Part shown: positions 1 through 10,200 of the stretch, in pieces
Position numbering within the stretch: the first letter of the stretch is position 1
How the letters are laid out: the number at the start of each line of letters is the position of its first letter
Origin: a virus
Virus record (IMG/VR): IMGVR_UViG_3300011005_000151
Reading direction: 5' to 3' (one strand)
Length of the DNA: 64,000 nucleotides
Translations under genes and position numbers: made by a program
The notes under the pieces: generated by a model
The model's database searches: none
Told to the model about the DNA's origin: nothing
Seen by the model: only the letters and a program-made list of their open reading frames with translations

Positions 1-1
1 T

Positions 2-649
2 CTCATCCGCAAGGATCTTGATGAGGCGATCAAGAAGTACAAGGATCTGTCTCTGGAAGTCCTGCATGACGAGTGCCGCGCCTCCGCTAATCCCATGCTT
101 GAGCTGGTCAAGCGCCTGACGTATCCGACCATCAGTGCCCAGGCGAAGAAGCCTGACGGTGTGCCGGATGCGGACTACACGGTCCTGAAGATTGCCGACG
201 GCACCGCCTATGCGGATATCGTCGCCTTTGGCAACGCCCTCAAGACCGGATTCCAGTGGTTCCCGCGTATGCAGAAGATCGCGAGAGCGCTGCATGACAG
301 CCTCGCGAAGTCCACCAATGCCCAGACTGGCGAGTACATCATGTCTGATGCCGCCAAAGAGATCGACTTCGGCAAAGACCTCGGCAAGCTCAAGAATACC
401 GACAGCATCAACGCCTTCCTTGTGGAAGTGTTCCAGCAGATCGCCAATGCGATGTTCGGCGATGGCATTGTGACCGTCGAGCCCCGCGATGCCGCATGGA
501 TCAGCAACAGTTGCTCTAGCGCCGGCAAAGGCAAGCATGGCACCAGATTCCAGGGCGACCAGGAGTTCGCGCTGACCATGGCCCGCGCCTTCAACCGTGC
601 CATCACTGGTGCCTCCTATGTGATGGAGTGCAAGAACTACAAGAAGTGA
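2..649 (+). CDS. hypothetical protein, 5' end lies outside the window
   Basis: Open frame runs from position 2 and continues the 95..649 ORF in the same frame. It is followed by a GC hairpin. Confidence 0.5.
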   Translation, partial: LIRKDLDEAIKKYKDLSLEVLHDECRASANPMLELVKRLTYPTISAQAKKPDGVPDADYTVLKIADGTAYADIVAFGNALKTGFQWFPRMQKIARALHDSLAKSTNAQTGEYIMSDAAKEIDFGKDLGKLKNTDSINAFLVEVFQQIANAMFGDGIVTVEPRDAAWISNSCSSAGKGKHGTRFQGDQEFALTMARAFNRAITGASYVMECKNYKK

Positions 650-664
650 CCAGAACACAACGAA

Positions 665-687
665 GCGCCGCCCTTCATGGGCGGCGC
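665..687 (+). terminator. stem-loop GCGCCGCCC-ttcat-GGGCGGCGC after the first CDS
   Basis: Perfect 9-bp GC stem seen directly. The downstream T-run is weak. Confidence 0.4.
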
Positions 688-1756
688 TCTGCTATGCCCT
701 CATGCACAAGCCTCCACGCGGCGAGGGTGGATAACCAACCGATTGCACAATAATTACATAAGGAGAACGCATCATGATCAGCCGTTACAATCAGGAGCGT
801 TACCTCGACCTGACCGCGCACTATGCGCTGTCCAAGATCCGCGAGGAAGAGAAACTCGGGAAGAATCCGATCCATCGCAAGCGCACAACCCGGCCCCAGA
901 CTCGCGTATGGCGAGCCGCGAGCCACATTCGCCCTGCCCGGGCGTGATTTCTAGCACAATGGAATAGGCCGCCTGGTTTTTCAGGCGGCCATGGTTTTCG
1001 ATAAAACTCTTTATGTAGGGTTTTTCATAAAGGGTTTTATGGGAATCCACCACGCAAAGCGTGACTAGGGTTTTCCAGACTCGGGTTTTTAGGCTTTGCA
1101 TCGGTCAATAAGAATGGGCGCACCAGAAGGTACGCCCGACCCCGTTTCATCGATCATGATTGCGTATTTCTTGGATAATTGCGAACGCAATCATAGCCAT
1201 CAGATCGATGGAAAACTGTACGATAGCATTTTTTTAATTCCATAGCTTTTTCTTTTGGCAAAGATCAAGGTTTGCGGAGATGCTATCATATTTGAATTAT
1301 ACCATATTCTTATTGGCGTTGCAACCCCGTCTGATTATTCAGACGGGTTTTTTAGTAGGGAAATTCAAATGTAGGGTTTTCTATATTTGGGTTTTTAAGG
1401 CATGGAAACTGCAAAAATAGAAGCGGGCCGCTTTCGCGGCCCGCTCGCCCATCAGCGATGGAACTGGCTGTGAAGCCAAAGCCCTAACTGCAGCAAAAGG
1501 TAGTCGAGGGTAACGGAAAATGCGTGCTGCAGCAGCGTCTGACAAACGCTTAGAAGGAGCTCCTTGATAAGATCCCACCTCCTTTTCCATGGATTCGGGA
1601 CTAGCTTAACCTGTAGTCCAAAGGTATAAGTGGGAACTTAGGGCTAGTTCATACGAATCCACAGGATGGGCATTTCAATTTTAGCGTTTTCATGTCGAGA
1701 AGTCAACCCGCCGGGTTTATCCTGGCGGGTTTTCTAAAACTAAATAGGAGGGGATT

Positions 1757-1930
1757 ATGCGTTTACTTATCGAGGGTATCACGGTATACCCGATCATTTC
1801 CGCGCTGCTTATCATCGCGGGTATTTGCCTCGGGTTTTCCTGTGCGGACAAAATCGTCGGTTTCGTATGTCGGGTTTTTCCTGCTCTGGATGCCTGGATT
1901 CTCAGACTTGCGGAATCCAAGAAGGATTAA
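1757..1930 (+). CDS. small membrane protein (57 aa)
   Basis: Strong RBS (AGGAGGGG, 5-nt spacer) before ATG. The product is hydrophobic. Confidence 0.4.
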   Translation: MRLLIEGITVYPIISALLIIAGICLGFSCADKIVGFVCRVFPALDAWILRLAESKKD

Positions 1931-2015
1931 CGCGCAATGCGTGACTATCACAGATGATGTGATAGTGAAGCAACATAGAAGCAGCCGGGTTTTTAAGCCC
2001 GGCTTTTCCCGCCCG

Positions 2016-2138
2016 TTAAAGTGGGATCTTCCGCGAATCGCGTCGGACACCTTTGCCATTACGCACGACGGTAGTAACCTTAGCGGTTTTCCCGCGTACG
2101 ACAATGGTTTTACGGACTTCAACAGTGGTCTTTTTCAT
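2016..2138 (-). CDS. small basic protein (40 aa)
   Basis: GGAGGTG RBS with 7-nt spacer before ATG. Followed by a GCCGGG hairpin and T-run. Confidence 0.3.
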   Translation of the reverse strand: MKKTTVEVRKTIVVRGKTAKVTTVVRNGKGVRRDSRKIPL

Positions 2139-2828
2139 GCGTCAACACCTCCTTCCATCAACAGCTAGTGCTCCTAAATTATGTGAGAATCATATTCAGG
2201 AGGTCCCAGCGCAATGCAAGGGTGTTTGGCAATCCAATCACCTATGTTGCTTCATTATCATATCATGGTTTTTCAGTCTAAGCAATAGGAGGGCATTTCA
2301 TGGAATGCTATGAACGGTTTTCTACGCCGCACATTAGGGTAACTGACCATTACAATGGTTTGCCAACCGTCGAAGTCGTCTGGACTTGCGACGTAGCTAA
2401 ACGGGAATTTCGGATGCTACACACTCCACTTGAGGGCAAATCGCCTATCGACCTAACCTCGGTTTGTGAGGCTATGAAGTGCGCTACAGAGGTATGTTCT
2501 CAGTGCCCTCGATCTCGACGGTGAAATCGCAATGAGGGCAATGGCATAGCAATACTCTGTGCTCACTACTGCGGGTTTTTGCCGTCCAGCAATTTGCGAT
2601 TCCGGGTTTCTTTTCGATGGTTATAACAGCGCCTGGTACTCCGGGCCCGCGCTGTCTATGCCCATCATCGACATATTCCCATTGAAATTCGGTTTTGCAG
2701 TCTGGGCACACTTGTTTCCCTGAATAGTATTTTGGATAAGTATCGTTTTGTGTCCACATAACACAACACCTCCATGGTTTTTACCTATTATACACCATGC
2801 AGGGTTTTCTATCAACGAGGAGGGTGAC

Positions 2829-3077
2829 ATGAACGTTCTCGCACTAATCATAGCAATGGTTTCTGCACTCGGGGTTTATCCAATGGGCGCAACTGTTGTC
2901 GAAACAGATCGGGTTTCTGATACCGTCATTATCGAGGAATCCAATGGCAATACCTGGGCTTTTCAGGGTGTCGAAGACTGGGCAGTCGGCGATGGCGTTG
3001 CGTGCATTATGCACGACAACGGAACGCCCAAGTGGGTTTACGATGATATTATCGTGGATGTTAGGTACACTGGCTAA
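2829..3077 (+). CDS. hypothetical protein
   Basis: GAGGAGGG RBS upstream of an internal ATG of ORF 2748..3077. Confidence 0.4.
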   Translation: MNVLALIIAMVSALGVYPMGATVVETDRVSDTVIIEESNGNTWAFQGVEDWAVGDGVACIMHDNGTPKWVYDDIIVDVRYTG

Positions 3078-3139
3078 CGAATACGAAGGGTTTCTATATC
3101 GGCAATTTGTAGCTGAGGCCATTGTTATGGAGGGAAACT

Positions 3140-3337
3140 ATGAGTTTTAAGGAATTTAAGAGGGTAATCCTCAAATACCGCCTGGTTGCAGGCATACGAG
3201 AAGAGGCTAGTTTTAGAAAAGACGACAACGGGAATTACATCGCTGTTGTCGGGAATGTCGTATTACACGCTAATCCGAGCAAAAGGCAGATCCTAGATAG
3301 CGATAACAGCGATCATTGGCTTTCTGCCCTTGGGTAA
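3140..3337 (+). CDS. hypothetical protein
   Basis: GGAGGGAAA RBS before ATG, in frame with ORF 3122..3337. Confidence 0.4.
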   Translation: MSFKEFKRVILKYRLVAGIREEASFRKDDNGNYIAVVGNVVLHANPSKRQILDSDNSDHWLSALG

Positions 3338-3388
3338 TTGCTTGCAACACCCCGGCGGATGAAGTATAATTGCAAAGGGGTGGTGTTT

Positions 3389-4066
3389 ATGACCATTACG
3401 ACGGAAGACATAAGAAGGGTTTTCCGCAAGACATGGGTTTCAACGACAGAGGATGGTTTCTCAGTTGTTCATCCATGTGCAGAGAAACAAGACGATTCTG
3501 AGGCGTATAATGATATACCCAAAGAAGAGTTTGGTTTATTCAAAGAGATTTGTAGGGAATGCGATGCATTCCGTGTCCGTTATGAAGATGGGAAATCGGC
3601 TGGTTTACAATTTCGCATCAAGGGTATCCAAGATCCGGGTATGGTTTTCCCACCACTAAAGCGAGAGATCACAGCTGCGGAATTGGAGCGCATGAACCGG
3701 GAACTTGACAACTATAAGTTGCCGCCGGAAGCTGATATTGATTGGCTTATCGAAAGAGTAACGGGAAAATCGGAACCATATGAGTTTCGCAGTAGGGTAA
3801 AGTGGCCTGGTTTTCTTGCGAAGGCTGAGGAATTAGCCGATGCATTGCCTGATTTTTCATTGGATGTAAGCCAACCGGATCACACGGGTATAGGGTACGT
3901 TGCATTCCGTGGACCCATGGACGACGATTCCGACGGGTTTTCCATAGTTATCTCGGGCAAGGTAAAGGAAAAATTCCTGGAGTTGCTTGACATGACATAC
4001 GTTTTCGAGATTGTTTTTTGTTGCTACAAGGATTTTTCATCCATTGATTTTTTGTTCACGGCATAG
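3389..4066 (+). CDS. hypothetical protein
   Basis: Long ORF. AAAGGGGTGG RBS before ATG at 3389. Confidence 0.45.
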   Translation: MTITTEDIRRVFRKTWVSTTEDGFSVVHPCAEKQDDSEAYNDIPKEEFGLFKEICRECDAFRVRYEDGKSAGLQFRIKGIQDPGMVFPPLKREITAAELERMNRELDNYKLPPEADIDWLIERVTGKSEPYEFRSRVKWPGFLAKAEELADALPDFSLDVSQPDHTGIGYVAFRGPMDDDSDGFSIVISGKVKEKFLELLDMTYVFEIVFCCYKDFSSIDFLFTA

Positions 4067-4079
4067 CGAGGTGCGGAAA

Positions 4080-4727
4080 ATGGCATATACAGAAGAAGAA
4101 AAGCGCCTCCGTAACAATGCGTCGGCGGCAAGATCTAAAAAGCGAAATAATTACGAGGCCAACAAAAGATCGAATCAAAAGAACTCTACTACATTTTTGG
4201 TTCGTATGTCTTACTCTACAGATGGGGATTTAATTGAGTTCCTAAATGGTTTGGAAAATAAAAATGGGTATCTGCGCGAGTTAATTCGCAAAGATATGAT
4301 AGCTCGCCAGACGGGGAAAAGTGATGTACCGACTCGTATTATCCCACTTTTTGGTGCTTCTTTTGCCGCAGGTGTCGGAGAACCAGACTTCGGAAACGCA
4401 TACGAAGACTACGAAATCCCCGCAGATCAGAAGGGCGATTTTGCTGTTCGGGTAAACGGCGACAGCATGGAACCGTATCTCCCAGATGGGTCTATCCAAA
4501 TCGGTATCAAGGGAACGCCGCAAGACGGTGATGTAGCAGCCCTGCTCGTCGACGGGGCATTTTATATCAAGCAAGTCTGCATCGACAGTTTTGGAAATCT
4601 GTATCTGTTCAGCCTGAACCGGGCCCGCAAGGATCTGGATTTGCCGGTCTGGGCGAGCGGTGAAAATAAGGTTTTATGTTTTGGAAAAATCCTAATGAAT
4701 GAACGAGTCCCTCTGCCAAGAGATTAA
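4080..4727 (+). CDS. LexA/CI-like repressor with C-terminal S24 peptidase domain
   Basis: The sequence RVNGDSMEPYLPDGS...DGDVAALLVDGAFYIKQV matches the S24 Ser/Lys dyad region. The N-terminus is basic. RBS lies before ATG at 4080. Confidence 0.7.
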   Translation: MAYTEEEKRLRNNASAARSKKRNNYEANKRSNQKNSTTFLVRMSYSTDGDLIEFLNGLENKNGYLRELIRKDMIARQTGKSDVPTRIIPLFGASFAAGVGEPDFGNAYEDYEIPADQKGDFAVRVNGDSMEPYLPDGSIQIGIKGTPQDGDVAALLVDGAFYIKQVCIDSFGNLYLFSLNRARKDLDLPVWASGENKVLCFGKILMNERVPLPRD

Positions 4728-4744
4728 TTAAATTTGTGAACAAT

Positions 4745-4770
4745 CCGCCCGGGTTCTCCGGGCGGTTTTT
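4745..4770 (+). terminator. intrinsic terminator CCGCCCGG-gttct-CCGGGCGG followed by TTTTT
   Basis: GC stem and T-run seen directly. Confidence 0.7.
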
Positions 4771-6231
4771 AATATGCTACCGTCCGACGGGGAAAGACGA
4801 GGCCGATCGTCAGCGCAGCACACATACCTCCTGATCTTGTTGCGGTTAATTTTCATGGGTCTCCTTTCATCTCTCTCCTGTCCTTAAAACTGCGCACTCG
4901 TCGGATCTCCTATGCCGGGGCTTTTCAGCCCCGGCTTTTTAATCCGCTAACACCATTCATGTGTTTCCTCCATTCTTGGGCGGAGTAGGACCCAAGCCTT
5001 TCCAAACTGCAGCGGCTCAGTTCCAATCACCTGGTGCCAGCACCGGGAGACGTTTTACAACCGCCCTTTATGACATGGTATTTTTCATCCGAATGGATGT
5101 CAAATAGAATCTGGAAAGAAAGGAAGTGAACAGCGTGCAGACCAGAGCGTATGGCTACGATGTGCTTTGGAGGCAGTTTATTCGTGAGCTGCGAAAATTT
5201 AGCGACGACTTCGCCAAGTTTCCGTCGTTAGCCATTATGAGTCGGATGAGATCGCCGACGCGATCCCGTATGAACACGCTCCGCAGGGAATATACCTGCG
5301 GGTTTATCTGAATACCCTGCAGGGCAGCACCCATGGCGCTGAAAGTTCATGGACGGGTCCCGTGCCCCGTACCACAAGCACGCTTTGCGGGTCTTTCCCC
5401 GCACAAAAAATGGGGAGACGAGAAATACCGTCTCCCCCGGCACACCGCATCAGCGGCGGCGCACCTTGACCCGCACGCGGGTCTTAACGGTGATAATGAC
5501 TTTCGTCATAACGCCGCACCTCCTCTCTGGACGGGGTTCCGTCCCGTTGTCAAACGTACTAACCGCCAGGGGAAATGTGTGCGCTCGTAATTATATCACC
5601 ACCGCCGCAACAAATCAACAGTCGTCCGCCACTTCCGCGTACTGCACTACGCGGTGAGGGAAGTGCAGTTCCCAACAGGTTTGCAACGCCTTAGAGAGTC
5701 GCTGGACACCTCGCCCATTGAGGAGGGAAATGTAATGCGCCCGTGTTATGGATGCGCATTACGGCCAGAACATAAGGGCATATGGAATGGTAAAACAGAC
5801 ACGGGCGGAGGGCTCATAGTTGAGCCCTCCAGAGTTTTATAAGGCTGACCGAAGCGCCGCCAACGACGTTTCGTTGAGTTTTATAAACAATAGCCAATAG
5901 TGAAAGGAGAACATTATGGCAACTGTTCACATCAATCAGCTGGAGAAAATCTACTCTCCGCCCATCCTGAAGGTGGATGGGAATGTTTCCAACTATCCCT
6001 GGGATTCTCACAAGTACTTCTGCAAGCGGTGCTTCAAGCAGCATGGGAAATGCCCTAGCACTGGCAGGAAATCTCTCGACCAGGGGTGCCGGATGTGACC
6101 AACGCCGGCTCCGGCGTGGGTTTCGAGCGCATCCGCCGGATCACCGGATATTTGGGGGCGCTCGGCCTCTTCAACGACGCGAAAAAGGCCGAGGAAGCGG
6201 ATAGGGTAAAACATACCGGGGAGCAATGCCA

Positions 6232-6264
6232 ATAAAAATGGCGGGGGTAAAGGAGACCCCCGCC
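6232..6264. terminator. hairpin AATGGCGGGGG-n9-CCCCCGCCATT, possibly bidirectional
   Basis: 11-bp stem. A T-run follows on the minus strand (TTTTTATT). Confidence 0.5.
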
Positions 6265-6275
6265 ATTTCCGCGCT

Positions 6276-6368
6276 TCAGATGATGCCGAACAGCATACAA
6301 AGTAAATCGTATAATGCCGAGCCAATCATACTAAGAAGCACTACGCCAAAAGCATCTTTGATGGTCAA
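6276..6368 (-). CDS. possible 30-aa hydrophobic peptide
   Basis: GGAAGGGGG RBS, 6-nt spacer, TTG start. Product TIKDAFGVVLLSMIGSALYDLLCMLFGII. It ends at the hairpin above. Confidence 0.2.
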   Translation of the reverse strand: MTIKDAFGVVLLSMIGSALYDLLCMLFGII

Positions 6369-6554
6369 AGTTCCCCCTTCCGGAGGATTTTTACATGGCT
6401 AATGGTTAAGGTTTGCGGCGATGCTCCGGCATACGTCTATTATAGCACGGGAAAATTGGTCTTGTAAAGGACGACCCCGTCGTGGAGTTGCACCTCCACG
6501 ACGGGGTCTAGCCTAACATAAAATCTAACTTTATGAAAGGATGAAACAATTATA

Positions 6555-7175
6555 ATGGGAGCTAACAAGAAAGTCAAGGGTACTCGCAAGTCTGGTATTC
6601 GCCCTCAGCACGCGCCGCTCATCGACCGGGTCATCGCCGGTACTGACGAGAAGGCGGATGAGTTTCTGCGCACCCTGGATGGGTACGACACCATTCCCGG
6701 CGTGAACGCCATGACGTTCAGCATGATTGCCAACTTCGCCAAAAAGCTGTCTGGCCGCGCTGATATCCAGGAGAAGGTTATTCGCCAGAGCGCCCACTAT
6801 TGCGGGGTTCGCCACAATGGGCTTTACGGCCAGTGGGAGCCGAGGCACCGCAACACGGTGAATATCCGCAAGGCCATGGAAAAGGCCGGCCTGGATGTTA
6901 CCCTCCCGCAAGGAATGGCGCTGTGCGGGGTAAGTCCGCAGAACAGCCGTCTGAACCTGTACTCTCCCAAGTACATCCTGGCGATCCTCATGTCTAATCC
7001 CTACGTTCGCCGGGTAATCGGCGAGAGGGTTTCTGGTCTGTATCCGTTCGTTCCCGAGCCCGCGCCCGAGCCCGAGGTCACCGCGACTCTCGCTCCCGGG
7101 TTTATGCAGCTCATCCAGGCGTATGTGCAGGAGGCTGTGAAGGAAGCCATGCAGCAGATGAGCGTGGTAAATTAA
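6555..7175 (+). CDS. hypothetical protein
   Basis: 206-aa ORF with RBS. Followed by the TTTAT-loop hairpin and tRNA-Met. Confidence 0.5.
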   Translation: MGANKKVKGTRKSGIRPQHAPLIDRVIAGTDEKADEFLRTLDGYDTIPGVNAMTFSMIANFAKKLSGRADIQEKVIRQSAHYCGVRHNGLYGQWEPRHRNTVNIRKAMEKAGLDVTLPQGMALCGVSPQNSRLNLYSPKYILAILMSNPYVRRVIGERVSGLYPFVPEPAPEPEVTATLAPGFMQLIQAYVQEAVKEAMQQMSVVN

Positions 7176-7191
7176 TTTGTCCATCCTTTCT

Positions 7192-7217
7192 GGGGCGGGT
7201 TTATCCCGCCCTGTTTT
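7192..7217 (+). terminator. GGGGCGGG-tttat-CCCGCCC hairpin followed by TGTTTT
   Basis: Member of the conserved TTTAT-loop hairpin family. Lies directly 5' of tRNA-Met. Confidence 0.55.
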
Positions 7218-7219
7218 AT

Positions 7220-7295
7220 GGCCGTATAGTTCAGCTGGTAGAACAGCCGGCTCATAACCGGTAAGTCGCGGGTTCGAGTCCTGTTGCGGCCACCA
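7220..7295 (+). tRNA. tRNA-Met (anticodon CAT)
   Basis: Cloverleaf folded by hand. Acceptor GGCCGTA/TGCGGCC, anticodon loop CTCATAA, T-arm GGTTCGAGTCC, CCA encoded. Confidence 0.85.
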
Positions 7296-7319
7296 TGATT
7301 TTTAACAGGAGGGATCGAT

Positions 7320-7601
7320 ATGGGCTCTGAAAATATAGAGATCCCGGATGTGAACTCTATAGAAGAAGCGAGGTATTTTCTGGACAGGTTTTGCGACGGG
7401 CGCGGTTGCTCAGGATGCCCGTTATACGAACCGGTCGATATTTGTGTTGGAGAGTATTTCGAAGCCACAAACGATGATGGAACGTACAAATTATCGGACG
7501 CAATGGTTTTCTCCGCGTTTGATAGGGTTTACGGGGTGAACCTTAACGATGTCATCTACGAAGACGAAGTCGCCGAGCTTGATTTCGCCGGAATTTTGTG
7601 A
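7320..7601 (+). CDS. hypothetical protein
   Basis: AGGAGGGA RBS before ATG. Confidence 0.5.
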   Translation: MGSENIEIPDVNSIEEARYFLDRFCDGRGCSGCPLYEPVDICVGEYFEATNDDGTYKLSDAMVFSAFDRVYGVNLNDVIYEDEVAELDFAGIL

Positions 7602-7618
7602 AAGGAAGAGGGCAATCA

Positions 7619-7996
7619 ATGCGAACGAAGAAGGTAACAATCGACGATCAACGCCTTGTCTTCCATCGAATCAACAGCCATGGTTTTATGGAGGAGCTCC
7701 CGCTCGGGGAATGGGTGCTCGATATCCTTAGCGATATCACAGGCGACTGCCGGTTTGACACACTTGTGGATAAGCGGTTCCCGGTTCGGTTCCGCATCGC
7801 GAATTTTGTTATGCGGGATGAGCTGCGCTGGCATTTTGGAAGTATCCAGTACCATGCGCATGAGATCCTTGACCTTGATCCGGAGTGGGAAGACAACGAG
7901 GATAACCCGATGGTAAACGCTTATAAAAATCGGCTCAAGCTTTCCGAGTGGCACGCAAAACGTGTGTTGAAACACGTTAAGGAATTGGGATTATGA
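7619..7996 (+). CDS. hypothetical protein
   Basis: AAAGGAAGAGGG RBS before an internal ATG of ORF 7598. Confidence 0.45.
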   Translation: MRTKKVTIDDQRLVFHRINSHGFMEELPLGEWVLDILSDITGDCRFDTLVDKRFPVRFRIANFVMRDELRWHFGSIQYHAHEILDLDPEWEDNEDNPMVNAYKNRLKLSEWHAKRVLKHVKELGL

Positions 7997-8153
7997 AAGG
8001 ATTCTTTTATGTTTGTTTGGAAATCATATACGGCAGTAAAGTCTGTCGCCGGGATTTTGGAAGAGAGAAAACACGTAAAGATGCTGCTTCTCTTTGGTAT
8101 TATCCCGCTGTTTATCTCGGTTACGCCCTGAACGAAAGAGGTGTTTGGCACTA

Positions 8154-8435
8154 ATGGAAGAAACGAAGAATAAGAATCAGCGGTATTTCTTCACATATGG
8201 AGTTTCCGGCCAGCCGTTTGTCGGTGGATGGACGGAGGTCGAGGCGCCAGGCTATTCAGCCGCCAGAGCACTGTTTCGTATATATCATCCAGATAGAACC
8301 GAGGGGGTCGTAAACTGCGCGGATATTTACCTAGAGGAGCACATGATGGCTTCCGAGATGTGGAAATCAGGAAATCTTGGTTCCAGATGCCACGAGCGTA
8401 TCACGGTTTCTCGCGTTATCTATGACAATGAGTGA
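8154..8435 (+). CDS. hypothetical protein
   Basis: Internal ATG with GAAAGAGG RBS. Product MEETKNKNQRYFFTYG... Confidence 0.45.
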   Translation: MEETKNKNQRYFFTYGVSGQPFVGGWTEVEAPGYSAARALFRIYHPDRTEGVVNCADIYLEEHMMASEMWKSGNLGSRCHERITVSRVIYDNE

Positions 8436-8452
8436 TGAAATGAGGTTTTGAG

Positions 8453-8605
8453 ATGAAGCGAATAGCAGGGATGTCACTGTATAGCAGGGGGACATATATC
8501 GCCGCCTATCATTGGTTCGGCTGGAAACTGGAGAAAGCCGAGCGAATGTACGAAGAAGGAAAACGGTACGACAACCTCGTGTTTGAGTATCTGCGCCATA
8601 AATGA
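8453..8605 (+). CDS. small hypothetical protein (50 aa)
   Basis: ATG with a weak RBS. Stop codon overlaps the TGAAAGG junction motif. Confidence 0.3.
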   Translation: MKRIAGMSLYSRGTYIAAYHWFGWKLEKAERMYEEGKRYDNLVFEYLRHK

Positions 8606-8619
8606 AAGGGGAATCGCAT

Positions 8620-8988
8620 ATGACATTCAATCAGCTTTGCGGCGTTGACAGCCGTGGTGACGATGCGGTTACCGGGCTTCCTGTCTCGCATAAAGAGAAG
8701 TATCAGCGGGCGATACAGGCGCTCGGCGGGCTTGAGGCGGTGATTCCGTACATCCCGTTCAGACGTGCGGAAATCGCCGAGGCTCTGGAAAAGGGCGATG
8801 AGTATCTGAACACCCTGCCTCTCGCAAGATGGGATTTCGCCTCCGGGTTCAGAACCCTCTATAGCCGGGTTATTCCGATCGGCTCTGGTTTGGTGGACTC
8901 ATACCATGCCCACGGCGTTGACTGTCACAGCAACGCGGAAGGGGTTTGTCTCCTCAAGGAAGCGGCCCGTATGTGGGTCGCGTCGTAA
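8620..8988 (+). CDS. hypothetical protein
   Basis: AAAGGGGAA RBS before ATG at 8620. Confidence 0.45.
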   Translation: MTFNQLCGVDSRGDDAVTGLPVSHKEKYQRAIQALGGLEAVIPYIPFRRAEIAEALEKGDEYLNTLPLARWDFASGFRTLYSRVIPIGSGLVDSYHAHGVDCHSNAEGVCLLKEAARMWVAS

Positions 8989-9036
8989 ATAAAACGAGGA
9001 TTTCAAATTTTAAAAATCATAGAAAGGGAAAACAAA

Positions 9037-9681
9037 ATGACGACTGAAACTATGACCATCCATAAGGCTCTGACTGAGCTCAAGACTCTCGATTCCCGCA
9101 TCCTCAACACCATCGTCGGCAACCCGTTCGTGTTTGCCAACAAGCACTCGAACACCAAGGTTTCCGGCGTGGATATTTCCGACTACTGCGCGGAAATCAA
9201 GTCCGGGTATCAGAAGATCAATGATCTCATCGCCCGGCGGGACGCTATCAAGCGGGCGGTCGTGCTTTCCAACGCGACAACATATGTCGTTATCAACGGT
9301 CAGACATACACTGTCGCTGAGGCGATTGAGCTCAAGAATCATTCTGTCCCCCTGCTTCAGCGGCTTCTCAGCCAGATGAGCGAGGCAAAACGCGCCGCTC
9401 AGAAGCTGGCAGACCGTTCCAACGGCGATGCCCTGGAGGACCGTGCCGACGGGTATGTCCGCGCCATGTTTGGTGACAAGACCGACATGAAGAACATGAG
9501 TGAGGAAATCCGCAAGACCCGCGACGAGTTCATCAAGCAACAGACGGTGGAAATCGTCGATCCCCTCAACGTGACCGAGGAGATGAAGGCGCTTGAGGAG
9601 CGCATCAACGGGTTTATGGTGGAGATCGACTCCGCCCTGTCCGTTTCCAACGCCCTGACAAGCGTGGTAATCGAGTACTGA
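9037..9681 (+). CDS. hypothetical coiled-coil protein
   Basis: 214-aa ORF. AAAGGGAAAA RBS. Confidence 0.55.
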   Translation: MTTETMTIHKALTELKTLDSRILNTIVGNPFVFANKHSNTKVSGVDISDYCAEIKSGYQKINDLIARRDAIKRAVVLSNATTYVVINGQTYTVAEAIELKNHSVPLLQRLLSQMSEAKRAAQKLADRSNGDALEDRADGYVRAMFGDKTDMKNMSEEIRKTRDEFIKQQTVEIVDPLNVTEEMKALEERINGFMVEIDSALSVSNALTSVVIEY

Positions 9682-9817
9682 GTTATCACGCTCGCTGCTA
9701 TGCGAAAACCTCGAACCATATGCCTTCTACGTTTTTGACGTTTCGCAGATGTAAAACTTAATAAAAGCGTCGCAACAAATTGCTATTGGAATACAGCTAA
9801 TACTCTATAAAGCGATT

Positions 9818-9893
9818 TACAGATTAGTCAAATGGATATTGACGCTGGCTAGATAGAGCCGGAAGTCTGGGTTCGAATCCCAGATCTGCAAAT
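9818..9893 (+). tRNA. tRNA-like element or pseudo-tRNA with an 8-nt anticodon loop and no CCA
   Basis: Hand-folded. Acceptor has one mismatch. D-stem GTCA/TGAC. Anticodon stem CTGGC/GCCGG with loop TAGATAGA. T-arm CTGGGTTCGAATCCCAG. Confidence 0.3.
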
Positions 9894-9939
9894 TGATGAA
9901 GACAAGAACTGTTGATTTCTTGTTTATTGAAAATGGGGC

Positions 9940-10035
9940 TGTAAAGTTCAATAGTCAAAGTTCAACCCTTAACGTTGAACGCTTAAAGTTTTTGTTTGAA
10001 GAAAGTTCAAATAGTGCGCCGAATGTGCGCGGAAA
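9940..10035. repeat. cluster of four or five AAAGTTCAA direct repeats plus one inverted copy
   Basis: Read directly from the sequence. Spacing is 12-30 nt in a roughly 700-nt non-coding stretch. Confidence 0.45.
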
Positions 10036-10145
10036 GTTCAGAGAACAAGGCTTTACAAAATCCATGGTTTTCGGTTTGTCGGATGTATATGCTGCCGCGA
10101 GGAGAACCGCATGGCTGCATAGCAGCGAGTTTGGTATATATGAAA

Positions 10146-10171
10146 GCCGGGGTTAATCGCCCCGGCTTTTT
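10146..10171 (+). terminator. GCCGGGG-ttaatcg-CCCCGGC followed by TTTTT
   Basis: Stem and T-run seen directly. Confidence 0.6.
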
Positions 10172-10200
10172 ACATCCAAAAACAAAACACATGTTTAATA

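Larger units (their letters stand above)
960..4070. repeat. tract with dense GGGTTTTY / GGTTTTC motif copies, about 10 per kb
   Basis: At least 12 exact GGTTTTC and more than 20 GGGTTTT(T) variants were counted by eye, in intergenic DNA and in several reading frames of ORFs. Confidence 0.5.

Noticed and set aside
1692-2168. ORF of 158 aa on the plus strand
   Set aside because: The translation is junk-like. The region is better explained by two short RBS-supported genes on opposite strands plus GGGTTTT motif DNA.
4080-4200. bZIP-like basic region (EEKRLRNNASAARSKKRNNYEANKR) at the repressor N-terminus
   Set aside because: It resembles N-x2-AA-x2-SR but the spacing is off by two residues and no leucine zipper heptads follow. 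It is more likely a basic arm or RHH-like DNA-binding segment.
5100-6230. Cluster of short overlapping ORFs, including a protein-like frame ending at 6235
   Set aside because: No consistent start or RBS except a 60-aa ORF at 5916. The frames switch without a conserved partner. Treated as non-coding or degenerate DNA.
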